Positions 33,862-43,421 of a stretch of DNA of 64,000 bases are shown here, piece after piece. Source of the DNA: a virus (Duplodnaviria; Caudoviricetes); the IMG/VR virus record IMGVR_UViG_3300028588_000021, positions 3,917 through 67,916 of that record. The stretch is one strand, 5' to 3'. Below the pieces are notes generated by a model, which saw nothing but the letters and a program-made list of their open reading frames with translations, did no database searches and was not told the DNA's origin. How positions within the stretch are numbered: position 1 is the first letter of the stretch; every line of letters starts with the position of its first letter. The position numbers and the translations under genes were made by a program.

Positions 33862-35094
33862 CTACAGAATGGTCAGGCTCTGGAGGTCCAGGCCATGTTC
33901 GTCGACCAAGAATACCATAAGGCCGGGGTCACTGTCGTCCCCTCGGAGGTTGCGGTACCAGTCCGAGCCATTGTCCAACGTGGGAGCTTGTAGCCACCAC
34001 CGGCTCTTTCCGGTACGCTGAGAGCGACCCATAGGCTGTGCGCGGAAGCTGTGGAAGTGGCCCGTCAGCAACACGTCAGCGTTAGCCAGGGGCTGATTGC
34101 CGAATGCCTGCTCCGTCCACCACTTCTGAATGTTGTTCGGGTTGTTGACCTGGTGCCCGTGAGCCATGCCCACCTGAGTACCTTTGACGTCAACCACCAT
34201 CGTCTCGTCCCATTCATTGGCGTATTTAAAGCCAACGTGGTCGTACGCATCATTCAGGCGCAGTGCCTTCTCAAGCTGTCGCTTCAGATAGATACCATAG
34301 TCATCGTTAGGCTTACCCAGGGTAGCCTTACCAGCGCGCCAGCGGCAATGGTTGGATGAGATACCGGCCACCGTGACAGCACTGTGTGAACTGGCTAGGG
34401 TTCTCACCATCTCAAGCTCAAAGGTCAGCTCAAGGTCGAGCTGATCTGGGAAGCTGAGGTCATTGGTGAAGCCCTGCTGCGGGGTGTTCTCGAAGGACTC
34501 AACCTCATCACCCACACTGAGGAAGAATGCCTCATCAACGGGGTTGGCGTCAATGTAGTCACGCAGCGCAAGCCTTTTCTCCTGCACTCGCTGGATAAGC
34601 TCCGGGGTGCCGCCGCGTGAGCCTGTCTTACCGACTTGCACATCAGCCCACACCACGACAAGTGCCTTACCCTCGACAGGTGTTCCCACCTTGTGCGAGA
34701 AGGCCGCTCTCTTGGCCTCAGCGTACAGCGTGGGTAGGTCTACCTCGGCCAGCTCTGGTGTCTCATCAGCCACAGGCGTGGCACTGACGCGATAAGAATA
34801 CTTAGGCTGCCCGTTGGGTCCGTCGTAGATACTAAAGCGCTCAGTGAGCTTGTGGGTGTCTCGGGAGATGCCTCTAGCTGCTAGCGCCTCATCGATCTGC
34901 TCGATGTTCTGAGGCACAGAGGACTCGATACTGACCTCCGTCTGTGCAATGGGCAAGTAACCACCGTTCTCACGCGCTTCATTACGTGCGTCATTGATTG
35001 TGGTCTTGCCCACCCCCAGCCGGTCAGCAGCGTCTCGGCTGGACAAGCCAGCTACGGAGTCAAGATCAGCTTGCGTAAGTGCTCGCTGTGTCAT
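33862..35094 (-). CDS. HTH plus calcineurin-like metallophosphoesterase
   Basis: N-terminal HTH (SSRDAADRLGVGKTTI); DxQxG, GD, SNH, HGH and GHFH motifs. Confidence 0.8.
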   Translation of the reverse strand: MTQRALTQADLDSVAGLSSRDAADRLGVGKTTINDARNEARENGGYLPIAQTEVSIESSVPQNIEQIDEALAARGISRDTHKLTERFSIYDGPNGQPKYSYRVSATPVADETPELAEVDLPTLYAEAKRAAFSHKVGTPVEGKALVVVWADVQVGKTGSRGGTPELIQRVQEKRLALRDYIDANPVDEAFFLSVGDEVESFENTPQQGFTNDLSFPDQLDLELTFELEMVRTLASSHSAVTVAGISSNHCRWRAGKATLGKPNDDYGIYLKRQLEKALRLNDAYDHVGFKYANEWDETMVVDVKGTQVGMAHGHQVNNPNNIQKWWTEQAFGNQPLANADVLLTGHFHSFRAQPMGRSQRTGKSRWWLQAPTLDNGSDWYRNLRGDDSDPGLMVFLVDEHGLDLQSLTIL

Positions 35095-35606
35095 GTAGTT
35101 CTACCTTTCTTAGGCCAACCGATTAGTACGGTTGGTAGGTGCCTGAGCTTTTCTGTGGCGTACACAATGACGTGACGCACAGCGTCGTTGGCGTGGCGAT
35201 TTGACTTGGAGTACCAGCCGAACCGCTTCAGCGCGTCAGGTCGCCCATTCTTAGGCTGCGGAACCAGCGTCTTGGCTTGAGCCGGTAGCTGCCACACAAT
35301 CTCTACGTCGTGGATATTGTTGGTGATGTCTCGTGTGATGTATTTTGCACTGAAGTCTGGGTTGATGATTCCAGGTCGCTTGTCGAACTGCTCGACCACG
35401 AGGACCACTGTGAATCCCTTAGCCTGCCAGGTGTGGACGAGGGCGTGAATGTCCCTCCACACCGTGTCTTGGTCGCCCCACTGATAGTGCTCCAGGTACT
35501 CGACAGTCGTTTCAGTGAGTCCAAACACAGCCACGCCAGTCGTTCCACCAGGGTCGACCCCAATGACAACGATAGGAAGTTCCGGTGCTTCATACTTGGT
35601 GAGCAA
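35091..35606 (-). CDS. RuvC-like Holliday junction resolvase (putative)
   Basis: IGVDPGGTTG, VVEQF and HANDA motifs; TTG start inferred. Confidence 0.7.
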   Translation of the reverse strand: MLTKYEAPELPIVVIGVDPGGTTGVAVFGLTETTVEYLEHYQWGDQDTVWRDIHALVHTWQAKGFTVVLVVEQFDKRPGIINPDFSAKYITRDITNNIHDVEIVWQLPAQAKTLVPQPKNGRPDALKRFGWYSKSNRHANDAVRHVIVYATEKLRHLPTVLIGWPKKGRTT

Positions 35607-35898
35607 GCTCCCACACCACCTGACCATCCGGTAGGGGCCAAGGCCATGTCTCACGACCGGCCTCAAGGTCAATTTCGTACTGGTCGATCTTGCCTGTGAG
35701 CTTGCGAATGTACCCCGGAGTGCATGTCCAGCAACCAGCATTGTCAGGTCTGATACCTGTAAAGATATATACCTGCACCAATTCGATCTGCTCAGGGGTA
35801 AAGGTCAGTCCGAAGACATACTCTACCTCTTCGTATGATCTAAAATACTTCGTGTGGAACTTACCCTCGTCTGGGGCCTGAGCCGTCAAAGTTGTCAA
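35590..35898 (-). CDS. hypothetical protein
   Basis: TTG start after GAGAGGAAAG; C-terminal part of track ORF 35590..36219. Confidence 0.55.
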   Translation of the reverse strand: MTTLTAQAPDEGKFHTKYFRSYEEVEYVFGLTFTPEQIELVQVYIFTGIRPDNAGCWTCTPGYIRKLTGKIDQYEIDLEAGRETWPWPLPDGQVVWELAHQV

Positions 35899-36250
35899 CA
35901 GTCTTTCCTCTCTTAGAAGTCTTCCTATATCGTACCATGTTAGCCGCGTGCTCCGCTTGTGCCTTAGGGTCTTTCCAAGAGTACATGTTGTCCCTTCTCT
36001 GAGCTGGCTTGTTAAAGTGCCGCCGAGTATCTCGAACGGTTCCCGTGTTGATGCCAAGCAGCTCAGCAATCTCAGGGTCGAGCTTGCCCTCCTGGTAGTA
36101 CGGCCCCACCAGTTCCCAGCGCGCCTGCCACACGTCTTCCACGTAGTCTGCGAGTACCGGCCAGTGAGGGGCGGGCAACTGCTCTGTGCAGTCAGCACAG
36201 ACGTCGCCCGCCCCCTCAAATTTGATGCCGCATCGCCAGCAAGTCTGCAT
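35861..36250 (-). CDS. Zn-finger/HTH DNA-binding protein (putative)
   Basis: CxxC...CxxC N-terminus; EIAELLGINTGTV HTH. Confidence 0.6.
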   Translation of the reverse strand: MQTCWRCGIKFEGAGDVCADCTEQLPAPHWPVLADYVEDVWQARWELVGPYYQEGKLDPEIAELLGINTGTVRDTRRHFNKPAQRRDNMYSWKDPKAQAEHAANMVRYRKTSKRGKTVDNFDGSGPRRG

Positions 36251-38418
36251 CAGATGCCCTCCCAGGTCGGTCCCATCGTGAACTCGGTGTCGAACGGCAC
36301 GACATCACCGAAGATTGCCTTGCCGCTAGCTTCCATTTCTTTCTGAATCCGCTTACCGATTTCCTCGGCGTGCTTCTTGGGCACGTCGGTGAGAATAGCA
36401 TCGTGAATCAGTGCGATGATCTTGCCGTCGTAGTCACCGATCCACTCGTGGACCTTAATAGCTGCGTTCACACACAGGTCGCTCGCTGTGCTCTGGGGCA
36501 GGAAGGCAAGGCCGGAGTTGATGACGTTCTGGCGGTTACGTCCGGTGACCACCTCGGCCTGGTAGTACCGACCGAAGGGAGTGACCAGGGTTTCCGTCTC
36601 ACTCATCGCCATGCCCTCCACCCACATGCGCCAGTCGTAGAACTCAGGTGCGTTGCGGAAGTAGTTCGTGATGATGGCTTGCGCCTCACGCTCTGACATT
36701 CCGAGCGACTTAGCAATCGCCTTGGCCTTGCGTCCATAGGACAGACCATAGATGACAGCCTTGAGGTTGGCACGCAGGTTCTTACGAAGGCCCGGGTCCA
36801 TGCCCTCCAGGTCAAGCTTGGGGTAGGCAATGGGCATCAGCGAGTCGAAGAAGTCCGGCATACCAGGCTGGAACAGTGAAATGAGGTACGCATCATTAGA
36901 TAGACACGCCATCACACGCAGCTCAGCCTGCGAGTAGTCACACTCTACGAGGATGCGATCTTCAGCCGATGCCACAAAGATGCGGCGAAGGCTGAACTCT
37001 CGCTCGTCGTACTTGCCATCCCTCTTCTGCGGATCACGCGGGATATTCTGCACGTTCGGGTCAGCCGATGAGAGCCGACCGGTGTTAGTGCCCGTGACCT
37101 TGAACGTAGAGTAGACCTTGTTCCCCGGCTGCATTCGCTTGCGGATACCCTCGACATAGGTACCCTTGAGCTTGTTGAACCCGCGAGCCTCCAGCAGGTG
37201 CTCGATGAACTGACGCACAACCTCGGGCATATCGGCGTCGTCTGCGATGGCGTCGAGTAGCTTCTCTTCCGCTGTGCTCTTCATTGGGTAGCCCTGTTCG
37301 AGCATCCACTTTTTCACCTGCGGAGGTGAGTTGGGGTTGAAGTCCGGCTTGCCCGTAAGGCGTGCCAGCTCAGCTAGCTCGGCATCGTAAAGGCCATTAA
37401 CCTTGCCACTAAGCCAGCTAATGTATGCTGTGTCAACCGTTAGCCCGTTGTTCTCTACGTCCTGGAGGAAGTTGCCGTAGCGGTACTCCATCTTGGCGAG
37501 CCTAGCCAAGCGCTCGTCATTCTTAAGCGCTGGGGTTAGGTACTCGAAGAGTCGCCACGTCCAGATAACGTCCCACCCGTTGTAGGGGTAGAGAATGTCC
37601 TTAGGAATCGCCTCGAAGCCTACCATGATCTTGGCTGCCTTCTTGATGAAGGTGTCCCACACATCGTCAGGGTAGTAGATGTCCTGCGGTCGATCCTTGT
37701 ACGCTCCACGCACGTAGTCCTTGGTGCCTGCATCCCAATCGGGGGCACCGAGGTACTTCTGTGCGAGGGCCTTTAGGCCGTGCTCCTTAGCTCCCGGGTT
37801 GATTGCGTGGTGCATGAGCATGGTGTCACAGTGCCCATAGATTTTCTCACCGAAGTGCGCACTGAGAGTTCTAAAATCGAACTTCATGTTGTGCGCGATG
37901 AGTTTCTTAGTACGCAGCAGCCGCAGAATCTGCTCCCGAGTGCGTGGCTTGGTCAGTGCCTCTTGAGTGTAGACATAGGCCGTGTCGCTACCATCATAGA
38001 TAGCCACAGAAAGTAGCCACGTCTGCTCAGGCGTCATCGTCTTGATGTCGCCACCCGTCTCGATGTCAACCACGAGCACAGGGGCGAGACGGTTCTCCTC
38101 GGAGATGGAAAGGCGGTCCACGATCTTGATGGCCGGGTCTTCCCACACCTTGGGAGTCAGTAGCTGGTTGAGTGCTGCCGTCAGCTCAGTGATAGCAGCA
38201 GGGTTCGAGAGGATCTGCTTCTGGCTCAGCGTCTTGACGTGGTGAGCTGCCTTGGGGCCGTCGATGTTCCCCAGCATGAGAGTCGGGATTGTCCGGTCCA
38301 GCAGCTCAGTCCACAGGTAAACGTCATCCACCTGAGGAAACTGCTTGAGCACACCGGCAAAGATTTCCTGCACTGGTGGGAGGAACTTGCTGTCGACGTG
38401 GATTGCGATTGCTGTCAT
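36250..38418 (-). CDS. polA: DNA polymerase, family A, with 3'-5' exonuclease
   Basis: DIET exonuclease I, TGRLSS, DYSQAELR (motif A), KAVIYGLSYG (motif B), IHDAI (motif C). Confidence 0.95.
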   Translation of the reverse strand: MTAIAIHVDSKFLPPVQEIFAGVLKQFPQVDDVYLWTELLDRTIPTLMLGNIDGPKAAHHVKTLSQKQILSNPAAITELTAALNQLLTPKVWEDPAIKIVDRLSISEENRLAPVLVVDIETGGDIKTMTPEQTWLLSVAIYDGSDTAYVYTQEALTKPRTREQILRLLRTKKLIAHNMKFDFRTLSAHFGEKIYGHCDTMLMHHAINPGAKEHGLKALAQKYLGAPDWDAGTKDYVRGAYKDRPQDIYYPDDVWDTFIKKAAKIMVGFEAIPKDILYPYNGWDVIWTWRLFEYLTPALKNDERLARLAKMEYRYGNFLQDVENNGLTVDTAYISWLSGKVNGLYDAELAELARLTGKPDFNPNSPPQVKKWMLEQGYPMKSTAEEKLLDAIADDADMPEVVRQFIEHLLEARGFNKLKGTYVEGIRKRMQPGNKVYSTFKVTGTNTGRLSSADPNVQNIPRDPQKRDGKYDEREFSLRRIFVASAEDRILVECDYSQAELRVMACLSNDAYLISLFQPGMPDFFDSLMPIAYPKLDLEGMDPGLRKNLRANLKAVIYGLSYGRKAKAIAKSLGMSEREAQAIITNYFRNAPEFYDWRMWVEGMAMSETETLVTPFGRYYQAEVVTGRNRQNVINSGLAFLPQSTASDLCVNAAIKVHEWIGDYDGKIIALIHDAILTDVPKKHAEEIGKRIQKEMEASGKAIFGDVVPFDTEFTMGPTWEGI

Positions 38419-38795
38419 CGTCGTGCCCTCCTGATAGTTGATTCGCTAAGCCCGGTGAGCATAGCGATTGTGATGACAGAAGTGCCTCCACCTGTCATCT
38501 CTTTGATCCAGTGTCTGTTTGCCTTACCAGACGCTCGCATGTACTTCAGCATACTCAGGTGAGCCGGGTTCAAATGCCCCCGACTCACCGGAGTGCTCTG
38601 CTGTGCGATTGCTTTCTCGACACGGTACATAGATACGCCGATGATACTCGACATAGCACTCAGACTCAACACCTGGTAGGAGTTGAGGTCACGAGCAGCC
38701 GCGTCCTCTACTTCCTTGGCGAAGTTTCGGGTCGGGCTGTAGTAGATGTCCTGCGCCTTGCTCATCAAGGCAGTCATTTTGTCTGTCTCAAGCAA
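38415..38795 (-). CDS. HTH DNA-binding protein (putative)
   Basis: two HTH-like segments. Confidence 0.55.
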   Translation of the reverse strand: MLETDKMTALMSKAQDIYYSPTRNFAKEVEDAAARDLNSYQVLSLSAMSSIIGVSMYRVEKAIAQQSTPVSRGHLNPAHLSMLKYMRASGKANRHWIKEMTGGGTSVITIAMLTGLSESTIRRARR

Positions 38796-40998
38796 TGGAG
38801 TAACTCTTCCTTCCCCGGCTGTCCTCTACTTCGTCAAGGCTGCCCATCTCGACCAACGTGCGAAGCATCTCCACGAAGTCTCCCTTGCGGAAGCCCTGTG
38901 CGGTAGACCACTTGAGTAGCTGCGCGTAGGTGAGCAGTCCACCCTTTTCCAGAATGTACTTCTCGATGTTCTGTAGGTCACGGGCAGCGGCAGACTCAGC
39001 CACGCCCTCGACAACCACGATCAGGTCCTCCAGCCACTGAAGGCTGAAGTAGATCGCATTGAGAACGTCTGTCATGTTAGCCATGATTCGCTTCTCCATC
39101 ATGGCAAACATGATGGCTGCTTTCATCGTGGCAAACGCCATGCGCTGCACGCTAGGCTTCAGCAGCTCAGCACGCGGGTGGTCAGCCACGTATTCTTCCA
39201 TGTCGATGGCGAACTTGTTCCAACGTACCCATGCATCGTCCTCGAAGAAGATCGGCATAGGCTCAGCGCGGTCAGGTACCGTCTTCTGCCAGAAGTTACG
39301 GACGTCGATGAGCTGCTTGACAATCGCCAACTTCTCGCGGTCCACGGTGCCCTTGATGAGGTTGCCCTGCTGCAAGAACTTCTGCTCCCTCGTGCGGGGC
39401 GGTGCCTCTCCTCGGAAGAAGATGTTACGTGGTCCCCAACCAGATGCGAAGTCTGAAATCTCAAGTTCATCCTGGATCTGTGACCGAATACCCATGAGAT
39501 ATGCCACGAAGTTCACCGGGGTGTCCTCTGTGCTCTTGGCCTGACGCAACCGGCCTCGTGCCCACCCGTCGTACAGCTCGTTCAGTGTCTCAAAGAAGCC
39601 AGCCAGGTAAGGTTTGTTCTTAATGTCACGAATTAGAGTCTGCGTCTCATCGCGGTCGTACAAAGATGACTGGTTGCCACGCTCAGAGAGTGCATCAAGC
39701 AAAGACTCAGGAGTGGTGTCGGAAGTCAAGATGTACTTCCAGTCACCCACCTGCACAGAGCGCATGATGTCTTTCATCAGCTTGCGCGTCGTGCTCTTGC
39801 GTGTGTCGGTTGTCTCACCCATGACCACCATGAACATACCCAAGCGCATCGGCCCGAACTTGGGCAATGCGATACCGTACTCACCCAGGATGCAGCCCAT
39901 GATGGCGAACGCTGAGGAGATGTGGTAGGCAGCGGGAGCGTCCGTCTTGGACTCACCCCACCGAGCGTAGACATCGACAAATGTCTCCGTCAACTGCTCG
40001 CGCTCCTCCTGCGTCAACAGGGTCAGCTCCATCTGTGCGATGGCAGCAGCATCGTTGGCGACCTTGGGTGTCACCTCGTCTGGTGCGGCACGCTCAAGGC
40101 GTGTACGAGGACGGTTAGCAGGGTCTGCTCCTGCCCGCTTGACCTCAGTCCACAGGTCTTCCTCGGGTCGGTTGTCTCGACGGTATTTATTGCACTCAGC
40201 GTACCAAGCTACCGCAAAGACCTCCTCAGCCGTGAACCCAGCTCGAAACATCTCAGACTCGAACAGGTAGAGCGAGTCTGACCAGTCCCCGTGGGGCTTG
40301 TCCTTGTACAGACTCATCAGGATTGGGTCGTGGGCCATACGCCGCAGCACATCGCTCTGCTTAGGCAGCTCGTCGCCTGTAGGCATAGCCTGGTCACCGG
40401 CAACCACCTTGTCGGGAATGTCTGCCTCGTTGTAGACCTCATGGAAGTCGTCCAGCGAGTAGACAGTGCCCGTGGTGTCCTCGGCGTAGACCGGGTAAGG
40501 CGGCTCGTGCTTGGTGTTTACGCTACCAGGCACACGCAGCAGCTTGGTCAGCATCCACCCAGAGGGGTCAGTGCCAGCCTGCTCGCCATTGATCTTCTGA
40601 GCGTGGGTCAGTGCGATGACCCGAGCGACAGAGCTGACCTCTTCAGGGCTGTACTCCTGGTCAAGGAACCAGTAGCTGTGCGTCTTGTCTTCCGACGTGC
40701 GGATAGACAAAGAGGGCTTCACAAGGAAGCCCTCAGGGTCGAACAGGTCAGTGTCTGAATAGACTACAGGTGTTGCCTTGACAACTTCACTCTTACGTCG
40801 GGGTACTGAGTAGAGCATTGGACTGAAGTACAGGTCTTCGTCGCTGCGCACACTGCAATACTTGACGATCTGATTCAGGTTGTCAGGGTACTTGTACGGC
40901 TTGTGTTGGGTTAGCTCTCGGTCGCTGTCGAGCGTAGAGATGAAGAGAAACCCTTCGGCAGAGCCGAAGATGGCTTCAAAGAATTCACGAGTTTCCAA
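38788..40998 (-). CDS. DNA primase/polymerase fused to a helicase-like (DUF3987-type) domain
   Basis: RepB-type primase motifs (YFSP, DTD, HSYW, LLRVPGSVNTK); P-loop-like GETTDTRKST. Confidence 0.8.
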   Translation of the reverse strand: METREFFEAIFGSAEGFLFISTLDSDRELTQHKPYKYPDNLNQIVKYCSVRSDEDLYFSPMLYSVPRRKSEVVKATPVVYSDTDLFDPEGFLVKPSLSIRTSEDKTHSYWFLDQEYSPEEVSSVARVIALTHAQKINGEQAGTDPSGWMLTKLLRVPGSVNTKHEPPYPVYAEDTTGTVYSLDDFHEVYNEADIPDKVVAGDQAMPTGDELPKQSDVLRRMAHDPILMSLYKDKPHGDWSDSLYLFESEMFRAGFTAEEVFAVAWYAECNKYRRDNRPEEDLWTEVKRAGADPANRPRTRLERAAPDEVTPKVANDAAAIAQMELTLLTQEEREQLTETFVDVYARWGESKTDAPAAYHISSAFAIMGCILGEYGIALPKFGPMRLGMFMVVMGETTDTRKSTTRKLMKDIMRSVQVGDWKYILTSDTTPESLLDALSERGNQSSLYDRDETQTLIRDIKNKPYLAGFFETLNELYDGWARGRLRQAKSTEDTPVNFVAYLMGIRSQIQDELEISDFASGWGPRNIFFRGEAPPRTREQKFLQQGNLIKGTVDREKLAIVKQLIDVRNFWQKTVPDRAEPMPIFFEDDAWVRWNKFAIDMEEYVADHPRAELLKPSVQRMAFATMKAAIMFAMMEKRIMANMTDVLNAIYFSLQWLEDLIVVVEGVAESAAARDLQNIEKYILEKGGLLTYAQLLKWSTAQGFRKGDFVEMLRTLVEMGSLDEVEDSRGRKSYSIA

Positions 40999-41046
40999 CT
41001 GATGGTGCCTCCTGTATCATATCGCATTGAACATTGGTGTCATATA

Positions 41047-41122
41047 TGGTCGGCTACCTGGGACTCGAACCCAGAGCATACGGACGTTTGAAATCCGGTG
41101 GTCTGCCATTGCCTAATAGCCG
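41047..41122 (-). tRNA. tRNA-Leu(CAA), short variable region, isolated from the cluster
   Basis: acceptor CGGCTAT/GTAGCCG; loop TT-CAA-AC; T-loop TTCGAGT; A73 and encoded CCA. Confidence 0.85.
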
Positions 41123-41126
41123 GGAG

Positions 41127-41230
41127 TGGGCTGAGTAGGAATCGAACCTACGCTCCCGCAATGCTGTGCCACGTTAGCGATGCATTGCTTTGGCCTGGGC
41201 GTCCCCAGGCAGCCGACCAGCGGCCAGCCC
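41127..41230 (-). ncRNA. 104-nt tRNA-like RNA
   Basis: acceptor GGGCTGG/TCAGCCC, A73, T-arm GTAGG-TTCGATT-CCTAC; no canonical anticodon arm. Confidence 0.6.
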
Positions 41231-41263
41231 ATGTGTGCGTTACAGTCGCACCCCTGTTGTTGC

Positions 41264-41776
41264 TTAGAGGAAGATACTAGAGTCCGTAGCGGCCTCTCGC
41301 TCCTCGTCACTCAGCAGGTCATCGATCTTGTCCTCGTCGTACGCGAACACGGTCTTGACGTTGTTGCGAATGCCGGTGATGTCGTTGTCGTCATCATCGA
41401 CAGTCTCGTAAGGCTCCTGAATGATCTTCAGGTTGACCTTCTCACCCACGAACTCGTCCGGGTCCGGGAACTCGAACTCGCCAGCAGGCGTGTCCTTCTT
41501 CGGGTAAGGCATGTCCAGCGCCTTCAGCAACGCAATGAGGCTGAACAGGGCGTTGGCCTTGAGCACGTACCACGCACGGAAGGTGCGCTTGGGGCCGACC
41601 GCCTCCGGGCCGGAGAGAATCTTGTAGTCGAGAACGTACATGTCGTTCCCGGCCTTGGACTTCGCCATCTTTGCCTCGTAGACGACGGCACCGTAGATGC
41701 CCTCAGCGACAGGCTTGATGGTGCTGCTCTGTGCGTCCTTGATTTCATCGGCGGTGAGGTTGAGCTTGATACCCAT
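41264..41776 (-). CDS. ssDNA-binding protein (DUF669-like)
   Basis: EGIYGAVVYEAKMAKSKAGNDM pattern; acidic C-terminus ending in Phe-Leu. Confidence 0.7.
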   Translation of the reverse strand: MGIKLNLTADEIKDAQSSTIKPVAEGIYGAVVYEAKMAKSKAGNDMYVLDYKILSGPEAVGPKRTFRAWYVLKANALFSLIALLKALDMPYPKKDTPAGEFEFPDPDEFVGEKVNLKIIQEPYETVDDDDNDITGIRNNVKTVFAYDEDKIDDLLSDEEREAATDSSIFL

Positions 41777-41826
41777 GTGTTATGTATTCCTTTTTGTTGT
41801 GATTGATCTAGTTGTGTAGCTGGTTG

Positions 41827-42597
41827 TTACTGGTTGATGCGCCCAAAGATGGTCTTCATGTCAGGGTTGAGGAACTTGCCGTCAAGCTTGTCCGCGTACC
41901 GCTGACCAGAAATCATCTTCTCGCTCACCGTGAAGTCCACGACTCGCGCCGTCTCCTTCTTGCCCTCGTCATTCTTGACGGTCGTCACACTGAAGTGACC
42001 GATGATGTCAGGGACAGACGGGAACGTGAACTTAGACTTACCACCGAGGAGCACAGTCGTGGTGACTGCGCCGGTCAGCTCGTCCTTGTCGTCCTCCTGG
42101 TGCGCGACAAAGATCGTGAGGAACGGTGCCATGTGCAGGTAGTCTGCCATCTTGGTCGTCCACGTCTTGATCGCAGCCCACTTGTAGAAGCCGTCGCGCT
42201 TGCCATTGACGACACCCTTGGGGTCCTTGTCAAAGACTTCGAGCTGTCGCTCCTGTGCCTTGTCGAGCGTGTCGATGATGACCACCTGGTAAGGCAGTCC
42301 CGACTCAGGCTCAACGAGCTTGTTGTTCAGCAGAGCCTCGACAACACGAGTGAACTCTGCGGCAGTGCCCGCCTCGATCACATCGATGCTGGGGTACCAT
42401 GCCGACACAGAGGACGAACCGCCCTCCACGTCAATCAAGAGTACCCTATCGTACTGGTCTACGTCAACAATGCTCGCGGCGAACACCGTCTTGCCCTTCT
42501 TGGGCGGTCCGTAGATGAGGATGCTCTTAGGAGCACCCATCGCTGCGGCCTTCTTGATACCGAACTCTGGGAGTGCTACTCCTGCGTTGTCAGCCAA
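41827..42597 (-). CDS. AAA ATPase (Sak4-like annealing protein)
   Basis: GPPKKGKT Walker A, LLIDVEGG, VVIIDT. Confidence 0.8.
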   Translation of the reverse strand: MADNAGVALPEFGIKKAAAMGAPKSILIYGPPKKGKTVFAASIVDVDQYDRVLLIDVEGGSSSVSAWYPSIDVIEAGTAAEFTRVVEALLNNKLVEPESGLPYQVVIIDTLDKAQERQLEVFDKDPKGVVNGKRDGFYKWAAIKTWTTKMADYLHMAPFLTIFVAHQEDDKDELTGAVTTTVLLGGKSKFTFPSVPDIIGHFSVTTVKNDEGKKETARVVDFTVSEKMISGQRYADKLDGKFLNPDMKTIFGRINQ

Positions 42598-42752
42598 TTC
42601 TTCTCCTCGTAGTCTGCGTAGTCACTGATGAAGTATTCAATATCATCGTCTAGTGCCGTGATAGTAATCCCGTCATCAACAAGTAAATCGTTGATCGCAC
42701 CAGTAAAACGGTCGAGCGCATAAGCCAGCGCTACTGGGTTAAGTTCTGTCAT
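42576..42752 (-). CDS. hypothetical protein
   Basis: AAGGAGGAG RBS; 58 aa acidic. Confidence 0.55.
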   Translation of the reverse strand: MTELNPVALAYALDRFTGAINDLLVDDGITITALDDDIEYFISDYADYEEKNWLTTQE

Positions 42753-42761
42753 TACTCCTCC

Positions 42762-43421
42762 TTACCAGCTATCCATCTTGCACTGATAGCAGTCGTCATC
42801 CGATGGTAGCCGGTCGGTTTCCCATCCATCCTCCTGGACGATGGCATAGATAGCCCCCGCTCGTGCGAACGCAGCCTCTGCCATCTCCCTGTTGTACGCC
42901 TCGGTGTAAACCCAGATGTTGTTTGGGTCCCCGTCGTCACGAGGAATCAGTACAATCGATACCGAGTCTACACGCATCCCAGCGTCCTCGCAACCCTTGC
43001 CATAAATCTGGCCCTGGTAACGATACTGAGTCTTCATGCCCTTGACTCGGTACTCCTGGATCTTCTTCTTGCCGACGATCTTCCAGTCGACAACAGTGCC
43101 CTCCTCCTCAGGAGTGCCCGGGTTATCCAGCAAGTACATATCTGTCGTGCCCTTGACAGGTCCGTAGCCAGGTACCTCACCCGTGTACAGCTTCAACTCA
43201 TGCTGTGCGTCCCCAAAGACCTGCGTCTCCAGGTAAGCGTGTACGGCTGTACCCATCCAAGGGTAAAGGCTGAAGTCTTGCTCCACCTTTACGCCCGCCA
43301 GCTCGCGGCCTAGACACCGAGCACAGGGGTTCCCAAGGGAGGAGGGACCGACCTTGACCTGCTTGTCTCGTTCGGTCGGCTTGGTAATCTCTGCTATCAG
43401 CCGCCGCTTTAGGTCAGCCGC
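42762..43421 (-). CDS. Cas4-like PD-(D/E)XK exonuclease
   Basis: PSSLG..C..C, GTAVH, GTTD, DWK, Q..IY and terminal CxxC. Confidence 0.8.
   Translation of the reverse strand, partial: AADLKRRLIAEITKPTERDKQVKVGPSSLGNPCARCLGRELAGVKVEQDFSLYPWMGTAVHAYLETQVFGDAQHELKLYTGEVPGYGPVKGTTDMYLLDNPGTPEEEGTVVDWKIVGKKKIQEYRVKGMKTQYRYQGQIYGKGCEDAGMRVDSVSIVLIPRDDGDPNNIWVYTEAYNREMAEAAFARAGAIYAIVQEDGWETDRLPSDDDCYQCKMDSW

Noticed and set aside
41127-41230. tmRNA or tRNA-Sec assignment
   Set aside because: Far too short for tmRNA, with no G3.U70 or tag ORF. No UCA anticodon loop or extended acceptor stem for Sec.
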